Source: Atractiella rhizophila
Lineage: Eukaryota
DNA length: 58,880 nucleotides
Assembly (NCBI GenBank): GCA_021432655.1
Contig: MU271472.1
Location: 1 to 58,880, forward strand
Direction of reading: 5' to 3'
Shown: positions 24,726 to 37,605 of the stretch, one piece after another
Layout: each line of letters begins with the position of its first letter
How positions within the stretch are numbered: position 1 is the first letter of the stretch
Notes under the pieces: generated by a model
The model's database searches: none
Told to the model about the DNA's origin: nothing
What the model saw: the letters and a program-made list of their open reading frames with translations, nothing else
Made by a program: the position numbers and the translations under genes

Positions 24726-26550
24726 ATGGCAACTCCAAACCAGCAAAATGCTCAGCTCATAACCCAGCTGCAGAACGCAACGCCCCAGCAGATCCTCGGC
24801 CTCTTCAGGCAGAATCCTGGGCTTCAGACCCAGTTGCTTGATAGGGCGCAGAAGAACCAATTCCCTACTCAGATATCGAACAAGATTATGGACGCGTATA
24901 GGATGCTAGGAGCCGGAGCTGGAGGTGCGTCATCTTCATGGATTCATATTGGGGAGGACGAATCGGAATAGCTTATGTTGGATCGTGTGTGTCGTGTTGT
25001 ATGGTGAAAAGCGCAAGCAACGCCGAGCCCTCAGATGCCCAATGCGAGTGCAACGTCAAATCTGGTTGACCAAATCATCATCCACCCTCAATTTCTTCGG
25101 CTGCTCCAGTCAACCTCCATCGTACCTCCCCTTATGGCAACGAAGATTGCAGAATTTGATACCAAACTGAAGAAGATCGATTACCATCTCAATTCAGCTA
25201 CGACCTCGGCAGAACAGCGCGCTCAACTTGCCGCTGAAAGAGCGCGGACAGAGAAGGAACTGGCCAACGTGAAGAAGGGCATCATGAGCCAGCTGATGAA
25301 GAGCGAGGAGGGAAAGAAGGTGATTGAGAATATAAAGCAGCAGGTCATCCAAGCTGCCAAGGCGGCGAATCTCAACAGCAACAACCAACCGCGTCCTCCT
25401 GCGGCTGGCGCCGTCCCAGGTCCAGCTTCACGGCCGCAACAAGCGAACCCGTCTGGATCTTCTGCTCCAACGCAACAGAACAACACTTCTCAAGCTCAAT
25501 CGAATCAAGGAACGACCAGCCAACCCGCTCCTGCTGTCGGGAAGCCAGAGATATCTCCTCAGGTGGCACTTGCCAATGGTGAAGGGAGGAAGCGGAAAGC
25601 ATCAGAAGTTGAGGGTACGGACGTCGCTCGACTGCTTGATCAGACTGACAGAGACAGTGAACTGTAATTAGGACTGCCGCCGCCAAAGACTTTTCTCCTT
25701 GGTAACGGTCCTACGTCTCAGGAGACCCTTTACGGGGCAGGAGATGTCAACCCCTCCTCGCTCCAACCCACTTACTCCGGTCTGCGTCCCCAATTCCACT
25801 CAAATAATCCTAACGCCACCACGAACAACCCATTCCCATCCGCCGTGCACCCCTTTTCCGATGAACCTCCACCACGTCCTACCCTGACAGGAGGAATGGC
25901 GACCTACCGTGCAATCGCGGTACCGCAGGTGATCAGGAAGCCGATTGGTGGAGAAGGGTTCAAGAGCAAAAGTGGGAGCAGGTTCGATGAAGCCTTAAGG
26001 AGTCGGGCGGGAGGAGAGAGGGAGAGGGTAGGAGGAGACATTAAGGGTGACGCTGGGAGAGCGATCAAGAGAAACAAGCTCGATGAGCTGTTGAATGAGA
26101 TTGCGCCAGGGACGAAGCTGAGCGATGAAGTTGCGGAGGTGCGTCCCAACACTCGCCACACCTTTTGGGATGAAAGGCTGACATGAGTGGCGGCATGTGC
26201 GGACGGCAGTTTGTCTACGATTATATTGACGAATGGATCGAATCCGTCACTCGAGGTGCATGCCTGCTAGCGAAACATCGACATTCAGACCGTCTAGAGG
26301 TCCGGGATTTGCAATTGTACCTTGGTAAGCTTCTTCCTTCACTTTTATCCCACTCCCATTCCACTCAGCTCATGCTGACTTGTGGGACTGAGCAGATAAG
26401 ACGTGGAACATCAAGATTCCTGGCTTTGGATCGGATGAGATTAAGCCCCTTCAAGGGAGTGCAGGGAGAAAAGTTAACCTCCCTCCTGGATATGTTGGAC
26501 GGTTGGCAGCGGTTAAGGAGGCGTTAAAGGGGAAGGAGAAGGCAAAGTGA
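24726..26550 (+). CDS. TAF12: TFIID/SAGA subunit TAF12
   Basis: Q/A/P-rich N-terminus, then histone fold KLDELLNEIAPGTKLSDEVAE|FVYDYIDEWIESVTRGACLLAKHRHSDRLEVRDLQLYL|DKTWNIKIPGFG. Stop TGA 26548-26550. Confidence 0.92.
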
Positions 26551-26936
26551 GGAGAGAGGAAGAAACATATGTGTACAAGCTTAATTCATACCCTTCTTTC
26601 TTTCTTTCAAATAAAGCGTGCTATGGAATGGTGATGTGCTGAAGCTAAAGAGATTCTCAACTTTGGATACCTGCTCTAGCTAGTCGAATAAGTCCTAGTA
26701 CACCAAGTCCGAGTTGATCTACTAGCACTCTGCTCACAACAGAAACTTCAGGCCCCCGGGGTTTGCGTTAGTTAAATGAAATCAAACCCACCATCAAGAA
26801 TTGCAACGTCGCCCATTTATGCACTTGAGCCTGCAAATCCTGGTAGCTATTGTAGCCCTCATTTTGGGGGTGAGCTTTAGTGAGAAGAAGTTTGCTCTGA
26901 GAAGGGGTTAGTGTTTTCCCGAGTCGCATCAGTCCC

Positions 26937-28493
26937 ATGACTTACACTTGCGGAGGTCGTATTATCCAATATTTTGTGACACAGCCATCCAAGGAGCGCA
27001 GTAAAACAGTGGAAGCTCAGCTTAGCAAAAGGACAAAACCAATCTACCTACCTCCCGAAGTACTCGCCCTTATCGTGGACGAGATATGTCGACAGAACGA
27101 AGCCGCTCTCCACGAGTGGATCGGAACTCTTGATTGCTTTTCCGCCTTGCAGTCCAACAAGACTTTTCTAAGGCTCTATGGCTACACCTCCTACCTCAGT
27201 CTTGCTTCTTCGACTCTTGTGTTAGTGTCTCCTCTTTCCACTAGAACCCAGACAGCTCACAGACCCTTGGCTTAAAGATCTAGGTCGTGGGTGTACGAAG
27301 TTAGGCGTGGCGCTTTTCGGGACATAACTATCATAGATTCTAGTGGTTATGCTAGTTTCCTGCGCCGTGATGAAGCCTGCGTCACTACGCTTCAAGCTCC
27401 CCCAAGGACCTTTCTTTCTGCTTTACGACAAACTTGGGGACTTGCAAGCTTCGTCAGCCACATGACTCTCACACTATATTCCACCTCAACAGAGTCGCAC
27501 CGAACGGCTTCTCAGTGCATCGTCTTATTAAACTCCCTTCGAAGTTTTACGCTCGCAATCGGCAAGAAGCCGATTCGAAAGTTCACTCAATCAACAGCTA
27601 TGTCTATTGAGCTGATTTTCAACGCTTTGGAGAAAAAAACGATTAATAGGCTCTCAATATTCGTCGACCTTCTGAATGGGTACGACTTTTTTAGCCAACC
27701 ACATCGCCCTTACCCTTTTAAACTGTCAATGTTCCCAATATTCCAATGGTCAGAGTCTCTCACGCAATTGACCCTCTCAAGTCCTGTTCTGGAAGGCTGT
27801 ATCCCCCAACCTTTTGTATTTTTGCATTTGACATCTCTCAATATCCAAGTTAGCGAGCGAATGTTAGGACACGACTCAGTCGATGAATCCTGTTTAATGG
27901 GAATTTTCAACAGCTGTCGACATACGTTGGGAGACCTTCGTGCTGTGTTCCACTGTTCACCAAAATTTCCTGCCACGCACATGCACTTTCCAAGGCTGCG
28001 ATCTCTCTCCTTGAATCTCCACTTCTTCTGTGACCTGGGAGTCAGCCCGCAAGGACGTCATGAACTTGATAATCTCCATGATCCACAACAGAAACGTCCA
28101 GTTCACGCGGTTCTCTCCTCTTGCCCTTCCTTGCTTGTCGTGCATTTAGAAGGTGATGGTTTCGATGCTTCTCTCTTCGATTACCTTCCCGCATCTATGA
28201 CGAAGCTTACCATCAATATTGCTTGCGTTGACATGGACGGGTGGCTTGAACGACAGCCAACTAGTACTGGGATCACTAGTACATTTGTTGTGAATACTCT
28301 TTGGGGGAAGAGCAGCAACTTCCCTCAACTGGAGCAACTTCAGCTGCTGGTAGACCCCGCATCAGGCGAGCAATGGAGTGTAGAGAAAATGTTGGAAGTG
28401 AACAACGTACGACCGAAGGAGAGGTGGGAGATTATCTGGACCGATCCCTTTGATGTTAGATATGCACGTGCAATCGAGCCCATCACATTATAG
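26937..28493 (+). CDS. F-box-like protein with degenerate LRR/RNI-like repeats
   Basis: N-terminal IYLPPEVLALIVDEI (F-box-like). One intron at ~27221-27283. The 400-aa exon has LxxLxL repeats (LRSFTL, LTQLTL, LTSLNI, LRSLSL, LEQLQL). Confidence 0.7.
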
Positions 28494-28645
28494 TGTGTTA
28501 TCTCGCGTATCAGGTGGCCTTTACTTACTGCTGGAGACATTCAACTTATTGTGAGTCGTAACGCCACGAAAGAATGATGATTATCCAAAAGCTGTCTATT
28601 GGAGCACAGCGCGGCATTTTGAAATCTAGGCATATCTCACTCAAC

Positions 28646-29894
28646 TCAGAACGTCGTACTCTTGGTGTCATCCACTTTCTCTGAATCGTACACCTTCAGC
28701 TGTCTTTGTGGGAATGTCCAGAAGGGATGCATAACAGCAAGAGAAATGAGAAGGATGAGCATGGGGATGGCGTCCAGGAGAATGTAGGATTCATGTTCAA
28801 TCAAGTAGCTATCCACATGGAAGAAAGATTGATCAGCCTGTCTACTGACTGGACGGAGATAGGAGACTTACCCGGTCCAGCCTTGAGCGAGCTCGACAGT
28901 ACGATAGATACCTCGAATAATGACCATCGTGGTTCCGACAGCAAGGGCGAGCTCCAGGTAGTACAATTTGGAAAAGCGGCCGGGAAAGACGCCTGCCATC
29001 TTCGCCTTCCTTCGAAAGGTGAGGGCGAGAACTGCAAAGACGCTGGTGGCAGCAAGCTGGAATACGATGCCAGCTTCCATGATGTGAGTGCCTATTTGTC
29101 GTGTTAATTCACATCTTTTACTGAGGCTGAAAGCGTACCAATGTCCCTATTCTTCAGTGTTTCAGCACTGGCTGCAAGTCCACCTCCAGTCCCTTGAAGT
29201 ACGAGAGAGATGAGGTCGCAAGAGATGAAGATCGCCCCATAAAGCTTGGGCTTTAAAAGCGAATGCTCGATCCCAACCTCAATGATTATGTAGCCAAGGA
29301 GGATATACAGAGCAGCGGAGAAAAACACAGGAGCGATGATTAAAGTTGTCGTCTACATAGCCGGGTCCAATCGATTCAGTATACGGTAAGGAGGGCACAG
29401 ACGACGCTCACCTGAGCAATGAATGGACCATCATTGTATAGTGAAAAATGCGCACGAACGCGAGAGACCCATCCGACAATTTCCAAGATTCCTCCGGCGG
29501 TGATAGTCAGCATGGTCCACCATCGATTCCAGGTCCTCTTGTGTCCCACGACAAAAGCAGTGTGGACGAGAGTCAAGAAAATGCTAACCGCGTCCTCACC
29601 TGTCAGCTTAGCTCAGACTGGCAAAGGACAGACGAACAATAGGGCTAAGAAGGCAGCACCGAGAGCCACTGACGGGACGTAACCGTATTTATTACATACA
29701 TCCGCTTTTGCATCGTAGCCTGATCGCAACATCGAAACCCATCAGCGTTCAGCATGTGAAGGAGGAGATGTTCTCTCACCAGGCTGTTTCCATGGCTTCA
29801 GCTCAGCCAAAGCACTGCAGTACGCGTCGCGCTCCGACGAAGTGAGTTGGCCCAATTGGTCAGGAGTCAAAGTGGTAGCGGAACTGGAAGACAT
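28646..29894 (-). CDS. RTA1-family exporter (paralog 2)
   Basis: MSSSSATTLTPDQ...YGYVPS, GGILEIVGWVSR, ISCDLISLVLQGTGGG, IRGIYRTVELAQGW. Intron positions correspond to paralog 1. Confidence 0.92.
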
Positions 29895-29962
29895 CTCTGC
29901 TTGTGGATGAATAAAGGTTGAGATTGTAAAGAGGAATTGCTAACCAAGTATTCCACACCCCT

Positions 29963-30048
29963 TTCTTATACCCCTCCGGCATCTTCGCGTCCATCTTCAG
30001 CTTGCCTGCGCTTTCGTGGGAACAAATATTCGTCATATCCGTATCCGA
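29963..30048 (-). promoter_or_regulatory. Conserved promoter block of RTA1-2: TATA-like GGGGTATAAGAA and CGG-N3-CGG site (TCGGATACGGA)
   Basis: The same blocks occur at a similar distance upstream of RTA1-3 (32390-32477) amid otherwise diverged intergenic DNA. Confidence 0.5.
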
Positions 30049-31046
30049 ACGCGATACAATGCACAACCAGAATAAGTCTCTCCAAGGAGTGCATTGAGAA
30101 CTGAGTCGTCGGTGAGCAACGGTGACCTCAAACGAACTACTCGGAACACCGAATGCGAAGTAGAAGGAAAGGTAGTACTTCGCCAATTTTGCGGTGAATG
30201 AACGGGTCTCATTCCTCGATTAACCGCTCAAATTGGAAGGCAGCTGGGTATTATCTGACCCTGACCGGAAACAGAACCAAAACACCATACTTAGACTATC
30301 TCATTCACAGCCGCCATGTACTCTGGCAATACCCTGGACAAGGAGAAAGTGGGCTCATGGGCCTACCTAGACTACAGCACTGCTGGATTAGATAGAATAT
30401 TCTCTCTATCTCCAGAAAGCGCTGGCCCATCCTCTCCCTGCTCGAAGCCCACTGGAAAGCGCAGCTTCTCAAGAGGTCTAGTCGACCTGAAGACTAACAG
30501 GAGATCCCTCATCTCCCACTAGTTACTACTCAGCAGCGTATGAGCCACAACCATCATGCAATTGAAGTTGCTCTGCAAATCATGATGCCTGGACTTCTTC
30601 GGAGTTCCTAGGATTTCTTTTAACCGTTAACCGCATCAAGCGACGACTTCACTTCGCTTTGCAGGGCATCAGACATGAATTTGTAGGATTAACTTGAAGC
30701 TGCAAACTTGAAAGAGAAGAGGAGGTTCTCGAACTGACTCGGAGTCAACATCAGAGAGGAGCGTAGCGATGTAGAGATGCTGGAAGTGAATGAAGTAGAA
30801 GGGAATGTCACCCTGGGCTATCCGCACTCCTTTTGATTTTAGACATGGATACCTTGTACAATTACAATATTGCACCGAATATCTTGAGTATCAAGTACAC
30901 TCTATTACTGACAGCCACATTCGGCCCATTCCCAGTCGTAAGTCGTAAAAGAACGAGTGATATCTAAAAATTGTCTATTGGTGGAGGGCAATGCTACATT
31001 TTGAAACCCAGAACCGCATTCCCCTTCACTGTACTCGTCGCCCAAT

Positions 31047-32306
31047 TCACGCCATTGTGCTCTGAGTGTCAATTTTCTCCGCATCGATCGTCTTCGGCCT
31101 GCTCTGAGGGAAGGTCCAGAAAGGATGTGCCAGAGCAAGAGAAATGAGAAGGATCACCATGGGGAAGGCGTCGAAGAGAATGTAGTATTCGTGCTCAATC
31201 AAATAACTATTCGCATTACGCCACTCAATCAACTTGTCCACTTAGGAGAGGAAGATGGAAGACCAACCCGTTCCAGCCCTGGGCGAGCTCGACAGTACGG
31301 TAGATACCTCGGATGATGACCATGGCCGTACCGATAGCGATAGCAAGCTCGAGGTAGTACAGCCTGGAGTAGCGGTCTGGGAGTGCGCCCACCCTCTTCG
31401 CCTTTTGACGGAAGTTCAACGCGAGGACGGCAAAGACGATGGTGGCGACGAGTTGGAAAACTATACCAGCTTCCATGATGTTGGTACCTATTCATCGCAT
31501 TAAGCCAATATTTTCCCCAAAAAAGCAGGTGACGTACCGACGTCGCTGTCCTTCTGCGTGTTGGCGGTGGCTGCAAGTCCACCTCCAGCTCCTTGAAGCA
31601 CAAGGGAGATGAAGTCGCAAGAGATAAAGATCGCGCCGTAAAGCTTCGGCTTCAAAAGCGAATGCTCAGTCCCGAGTTCAACAATAATGAATCCGAGGAG
31701 GAGATAAAGAGCCGCCGAAAAGAAGACAGGCGCGATGATCAATGTCGTTGTCTACATTTTCCAAGTCCATCCGAGTCAGTCCCACGGGAAAGGGGGTGAG
31801 AGAGTTTGCATACCTGAGCGATGAACGGTCCATTATCGTATGGTGAAGAATGCGCCAGAACACGCGAGACCCATCCAACTATCTCTAAAATTCCTCCAGC
31901 AGTGATGGTGAGCATAGTCCACCATCGGTTCCAGTTCCTCTTGTATCCGACAGCGAAAATGGTGTGGACAAACGTCAAGAGAATGCTATCAAATCCAAAT
32001 CCCGTCAGCTCCTCCTCCACGAACTAGGGATGGCGAGAAAAGACGAACAACAGTGCTAAGAAGGCAGCTCCTAGACCGATCGATGGGACGTAGCCGTATT
32101 GATTACACTCGTCCGCTCTCGCATCATAACCTGATTGCAACATTGACATCCATCAGCGCTTAGTATGGTAAAAGCGCAGATTCTCTCTCACCAGGTTGTT
32201 TCCACAGCTTCAGATCAGCCAGAGCATTGCAATATGCGTCGCGTTCAGTCTGATTAAGTTGGTCATACTGGTCTGGAGTCAAGATGGTGACGGAGCTGGA
32301 AGACAT
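31047..32306 (-). CDS. RTA1-family exporter (paralog 3)
   Basis: MSSSSVTILTPDQYDQL...YGYVPSIGLG, IIAPVFFSAALY, CDFISLVLQGAGGGLAATA, FDAFPM, AHPFW. Stop at 31047. Confidence 0.92.
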
Positions 32307-32389
32307 CTCTAATAGAGGAAAATTAAAACTTTGAGAAATAGTTGATTGGAGTGGTTAAGTCGTGCTCCAACCAATTATCCAACAATTGG

Positions 32390-32477
32390 TTCTTATACCC
32401 CTCTCGCAACTTCGCGTCCATGGTCATCTTGGCTGGACTTTCGAGACATCGGAACATGTCTTCATGTCCGTGTCCGA
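32390..32477 (-). promoter_or_regulatory. Conserved promoter block of RTA1-3: GGGGTATAAGAA and TCGGACACGGA
   Basis: Paralogous footprint with 29963-30048. Confidence 0.5.
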
Positions 32478-33447
32478 AAGGCGAGCGCACGAGATACCAA
32501 TGATTGGGCGATTGGCGAATCTCTGGCAGAGGAGTCATAGGAAAGGGGCGGTGAGCTCGGAACGAACAGCTGGAGCCCGAAACGCGAAGGAGCGAGGGTT
32601 GCACTTTGATGTTTTGCAACGTACGAATATATGAACAGCTGTTCCCAAGTTGCAAAGATTCGACAAATTGGAGAAGGTTAGTCTATGACGGAGGGCCTAT
32701 GAAGTAAACCATAGGGAATGTTTGTGCCTCTTGGCACATCTTCTGGAGGGCTCTGGCTCATTCACAGCGGTCTCCGGGTTCGCCTATAAGATTCTTTGCA
32801 AGGATGCTCCATCGTGTGCCGAGAGTTGTATGCTCTCACTACTAATAATGGACTTAAGAGTTTGCGCTTCAAGTTGGTACCACTTGGATTTAACTGAGTC
32901 CGGTATCTGGACTTGGATGTGGCAGAAAAAAGAAACAGGGAAGCATTCAAGTTGGATATGCATCATACTATTGGCACCCTAAGCCTCCACAAAGCTACTT
33001 CGCTCAGGACACGATAACTCACAGACCTACATCAGACGTCCCTCCCTTTCAACTCACTCGGCGCCTCTACAGAAGCGCATCAACCGTTCCCTCATCAGTT
33101 CTCCGATGACCTCAGCGATAACCTCAGGCTTCGATGGCCTCAGGTTTCGTTAGGCCTATTCTGATTCTGAGGTTCCTCCTACAAGTTTCCGTCATTGTCT
33201 ACACACATGTCGGAGTTCCCCGGACTTTGGTTGCTTACATTAGCAGGTCAGGGTATTGAGAGCAACCCATTGAGAAGTTGAACGGGTTAATCGACACACC
33301 CATTGTACGTTGCACGGACAGCTACATCCTTCAAGGTACACTGGGGAAGGATTTGCAAGTCGAGCTATGATTCGCTAATATTCGCTGGGTCAACAAGGCT
33401 TAACGAGCTATCCTTGCCATTGGCTGTGACCTACTGGGTGGACATCG

Positions 33448-35077
33448 ATGCGTTCCGCCAAATCTGCCCTGTTCAGGGTTTTCGTCCTCATTCTCGCACT
33501 CGGCTCGCTGGTTTACCTCAAGCTCGTCCACCAATCTCGGTCAACGGTTAGCCCAACCTCCTCCTCTGCTCCGGATCTCCCACGTTCCTATCTCGAAGGA
33601 ATCTCCTCCGACCTCTCTTCCTATCCAACATTCTCCAAATGGATCGACGACGGCCTCATGCCAGTCAACCTTGATGGCGTCCCGGAAACGATGCAAGGCG
33701 AGGAGCTATTCTCCCTCCTTCGTCTCTTGAGTGGAGCTGGGATTCCAAACAACTGTCAATTGCGATCAGACCATCTCTCCCGGTATGCCCCTTTAAGGGG
33801 AACTACCTCGCCCGTACAGAATAGCTTCAACGTCTTCGATTTGTTCCGTCCAACAAGGAAAAGGATGAAGTTGTCGCAAAGGTACTTTCTTGCCTCCGCT
33901 CTCCACAGCTCTCACGTTCTCCCACTGCTTCCGACCTTCGCGCACTCCATATCTACTCTCGCGCGTTATCTCGGACCAGAAAGGGTCTACCTCTCTCTCT
34001 TGGTATCGAGCGCAGCTCTTTCCTCTTCCAATGACCAAACGGTGGAAGAAAGCTTACTGCTGCTCGCGAAGATAATGGAGCGAACAGGAGTGGGGCATTC
34101 CATCGTCCTATCCTCTTCCTCCAACCTTACCGTCGCTTCCAACGCCCCTAACCACCGTATCGAATCACTCGCAGCGATTCGTAACGCAGTCCTCTCCCCT
34201 CTATTTTCTCTCCCAACTTCTTCTCAGTGGAAAGAAGCCGACGTGCTTTTCCTCAATGACATCTTCCATTGTCCACACGATCTCCTCGAACTTTTGTATC
34301 AGAAGAAGACGGAGAAAGCTGACATGATGTGTGGAATGGATTATGCGCCGCTTGAAATCGACGCTTTTGCACCTGATTACCCGATCCTATTCTATGACAT
34401 GTGGGTAGCGAGGGATATGCTTGGATTGTAAGTTTCTCTTGGTATCAACAAACACGTTCATTCTGAATGGTTGGATCGAGCAGACCTTTTTATCGCATCA
34501 AAGAAGGAGGACATTGGGATCTCCCTTCAAATGTTCAGCCACTGGAACAACAGAACCCCAATGCTCACTCTTCCTACGTCGTGCTGGAACCATTTCAAGT
34601 CTTCAGCTGCTGGAACGGTGTCGTCGCTTTCTCCGCCGACATTTTATTCCCATCCTCCACCCCGACATCTCTCTCCACCAAGGAGCGAAACAAAGGGGAC
34701 AGTACTTGCATCCGTTTCCGCGCCGATTCTTCAGGGGACAGGTTGTCCGAATGCACACTCTTCAGCATGGACCTTTGGAAGAGTGGGAGGGGGAGGATAG
34801 GTGTTACCCCACGCGTGAGAGTGGCGTATGAGATGGGGACATATGAGCGCGTGAGGACGGATGGACAGCCATTCTACCTCGATTCGGAGTGGGAGTTGCA
34901 GCGGCATCTGGAAGGAAAAGGGAAGATTGAGTGGAAAAATTGGCCCCCGAAGTTGGTGGTGCAGTATCCATGGGGGAGGTGGGAGCAGGAGGTGCGTCTT
35001 CGCCCACCGTTTTGAGATGAAACGAAATGATGTTGAGAGGCATTCAGCTTTGGGAACCGCCATGGGAGGACTCGTGA
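33448..35077 (+). CDS. CAP59/CMT1-family alpha-1,3-mannosyltransferase (GT69), type II membrane protein
   Basis: N-terminal TM anchor, then RIESLAAIRNAVLSPL, VLFLNDI, DMMCGMD, FYDMWVARDMLG, PFQVFSCWNG and SECTL. Two introns. Confidence 0.88.
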
Positions 35078-35856
35078 GAATTTAGACGCCGATACATGCC
35101 ATCTTTGTCATCTCAAATCTCCCTTGTCCTCACCCGTCCTTTATGGCCAACCTAGGCCGTCAAAACACTTCAGAGCCTCCACTTTACAACATCACGGCTT
35201 AACAGCCATCGGTCCTCAGACATACCCTAGGCAGATATCCTCTCAGAGCATCTTCTCACATTCTGCGCGCAGGCTGACGCTGACTGTGACTGACTAATGG
35301 GAATCGGGTGATCGGATCACTCTATTCGAGCTTTCAATTCAGTGGTGCTGACATCCTTTGCTCCACCTGGGGTTGACATGTGCTGACAGGCGTGAACAGG
35401 AAGATTGAACCTTTCGCCGAAGTTTGCAACGATTACAAGTGCGTCATCGTCGTGTGACAGTTGCGAGTGGTGAGTCCACTGCTTGAATGTTTCTCTCCAC
35501 CGTATTGACGTATACACGGTGACGGTATGTAGATTTTGTGAGAAAAGGTACATTTGTCTACCTCAAATCGCGGCAGCCCGATAAAGGAATGGGTGGTATC
35601 AATCGTTTTCGAACCATACTTGTGGCAATCCACGCTAGGGAAATGCTGGCGGTGAAATAATGGAAAGAAAACGATTTCGTGGCTTTTCTGTTGTCGCAAA
35701 TACTACTACTGAGTCCAGGCTGACTAGCGCTGACTAATTGCTATTGCCGACGTTGGAAGATCATGATCAGCAAAGCAAAATGTGGAGCAGACCTGGAGCA
35801 GACTGGAATTCTTAAAAGAGCGTCCTTGACACGAACTGCAAACTGGAGTTGGAAAG

Positions 35857-37051
35857 ATGACAGTAACACGCCTTGCTTTTGTAGGTCTATCTGCTAGTGG
35901 AGGTTGGGGAAGTCGAGCGCATTTCCCATATCTTCAAAAATCGAAGAAATACACCATCGGCGGGCTCCTCAACAGCTCTCCTCAGTCAGCCAAAGCCGCC
36001 ATTGAAGCTTTTTCCCTTCCGAAGGAGACAAAGATTTACTCTTCCCCCCAAGAGCTGGCAGAGGATGCAGATATCGACCTCGTCGTAATTTCTGTCAATG
36101 TGGCACAACATTATGAGCTCGTCCTTCCCTCTTTGAAGAAGGGTAAGAAAGCCTTCGTCGAATGGCCTCTCGGGAAGACGTTGCAAGAGGCGGAGGAACT
36201 GGTGGGAGTGGCGAGATCAGGCGGGATCGCTGCTTCCTCATTCGTGGGACTGCAGGGACGGTTTAACCCGGTGGTGCGTAAGGTGAAGCAGCTTGTTGAG
36301 GAAGGAGAGGTTGGCAAGATTTTGAGCACGACCTTCAATGCTGTTGCTGTGGTGAGCGCCATGCTTGTCATGTTGAGGAATGTGCCTCATACCTTTGAAT
36401 TTCATAGCAATACGGCCCTACAGAAACGATGTCAAAGCCGTATTGGTACTCTATGCAGGAAGAATCAGGTGGCAACTTTCGGACAATCTATAATGGCCAC
36501 AGTCAGTTTTCATTGCGTTCACAACAGAGTGAACGGAGCCATTTGATTGATGATTTTGAACAGTGATTGATACTTTCTGCTTTGTTCTGGGTGAATGGGA
36601 CAAACACACCAGCGTCGTAAAGAATCTTCGCCCATTCTTCCGTCGCGCAGAAACGGGCGAAACAGCTCCCAAAACTGCCATAGATCACGTCTTCATTCAA
36701 GGCATTCTGAAGAGTGGGGTTGTGGCATCTTACGCATTTTTTGGTGCCGATATTGCGCCTGGAACTCCCGCATTGGTTTGGAGGATTCAAGGAGAAGGTG
36801 GAGAGATCGAAATCACGTCTGAGAAGACCGGCATCCTGGCAAACGTGGCGGATGCAAAGATAAGGGTCATCAAGGAGCGCCAGGCTGTTGAAGTACCTGT
36901 GGAGCGAGACATTATGGGATTTAAGGGTGCTCAGGCACACGTTGCAGCCGAATACGAAGAGTATGCCAGTGGAGGAACGAGCTTGGCCAGTTTCGAAGTC
37001 GCTTTGGAAAGGCACAAATTTTTGGCTGAGATTGTTGAAAGGAGTCTGTGA
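35857..37051 (+). CDS. Gfo/Idh/MocA oxidoreductase, Gal80-like (paralog 2)
   Basis: RLAFVGLSASGGWGSRAHFPYL, AFVEWPLG, GLQGRFNP. Same 3-exon layout (middle exon 36408-36501). Confidence 0.92.
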
Positions 37052-37605
37052 TTTGTAAAGCTTGGCTAGTAAATTAAATGTACGACATTCTGTGGTCCTG
37101 ATTGTCTCAATACGAATAAAGTCGACTTGTTTCAATCAGCACAAGCCTGCCTCATTCAAACTTGACGAACTATCGTGAAGCCAACATTCTCGGTTCCACC
37201 CAAACTGCGTTGATTGACCGCAGGATTCAACCTTTCACCCAGAATTGAAAGCGTAGGATGAGCGCAAATGTAGGTGAGCCCAGTGTCTACAGCGGTTTCT
37301 CTGCTTTTTCGCAGTAAGGATGTCTATGAATTAGGCGAGAAGAGAAATGGTACAGATACTAACACCACATCGGGGCGGAGTCCGTGAGCCTGATAAGCAC
37401 CCATGAAATAAATGGAAAGCAAGTGATTCTGACGATTCTCTGTGGGTTTTGACACCTGTCACAGGCCGAAGATAGAGCCACCAAGAGCTACTCTCCCTAA
37501 GTGTGGCAGCGTTTGTACGACCCACAAAGAAAAGAGGAGCGGGGAGCAGTCTTGGATTGTTTAAAATGATGTCCTCATGCAAAGGCAGAAAGTTCAAGTC
37601 GAAAG

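Larger units (their letters stand above)
23204..24989 (+). repeat. Tandem duplication 2, unit B (~1.8 kb)
   Basis: Matches 21513-23202 plus a 94-bp insertion, and continues into intact TAF12. Confidence 0.96.
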
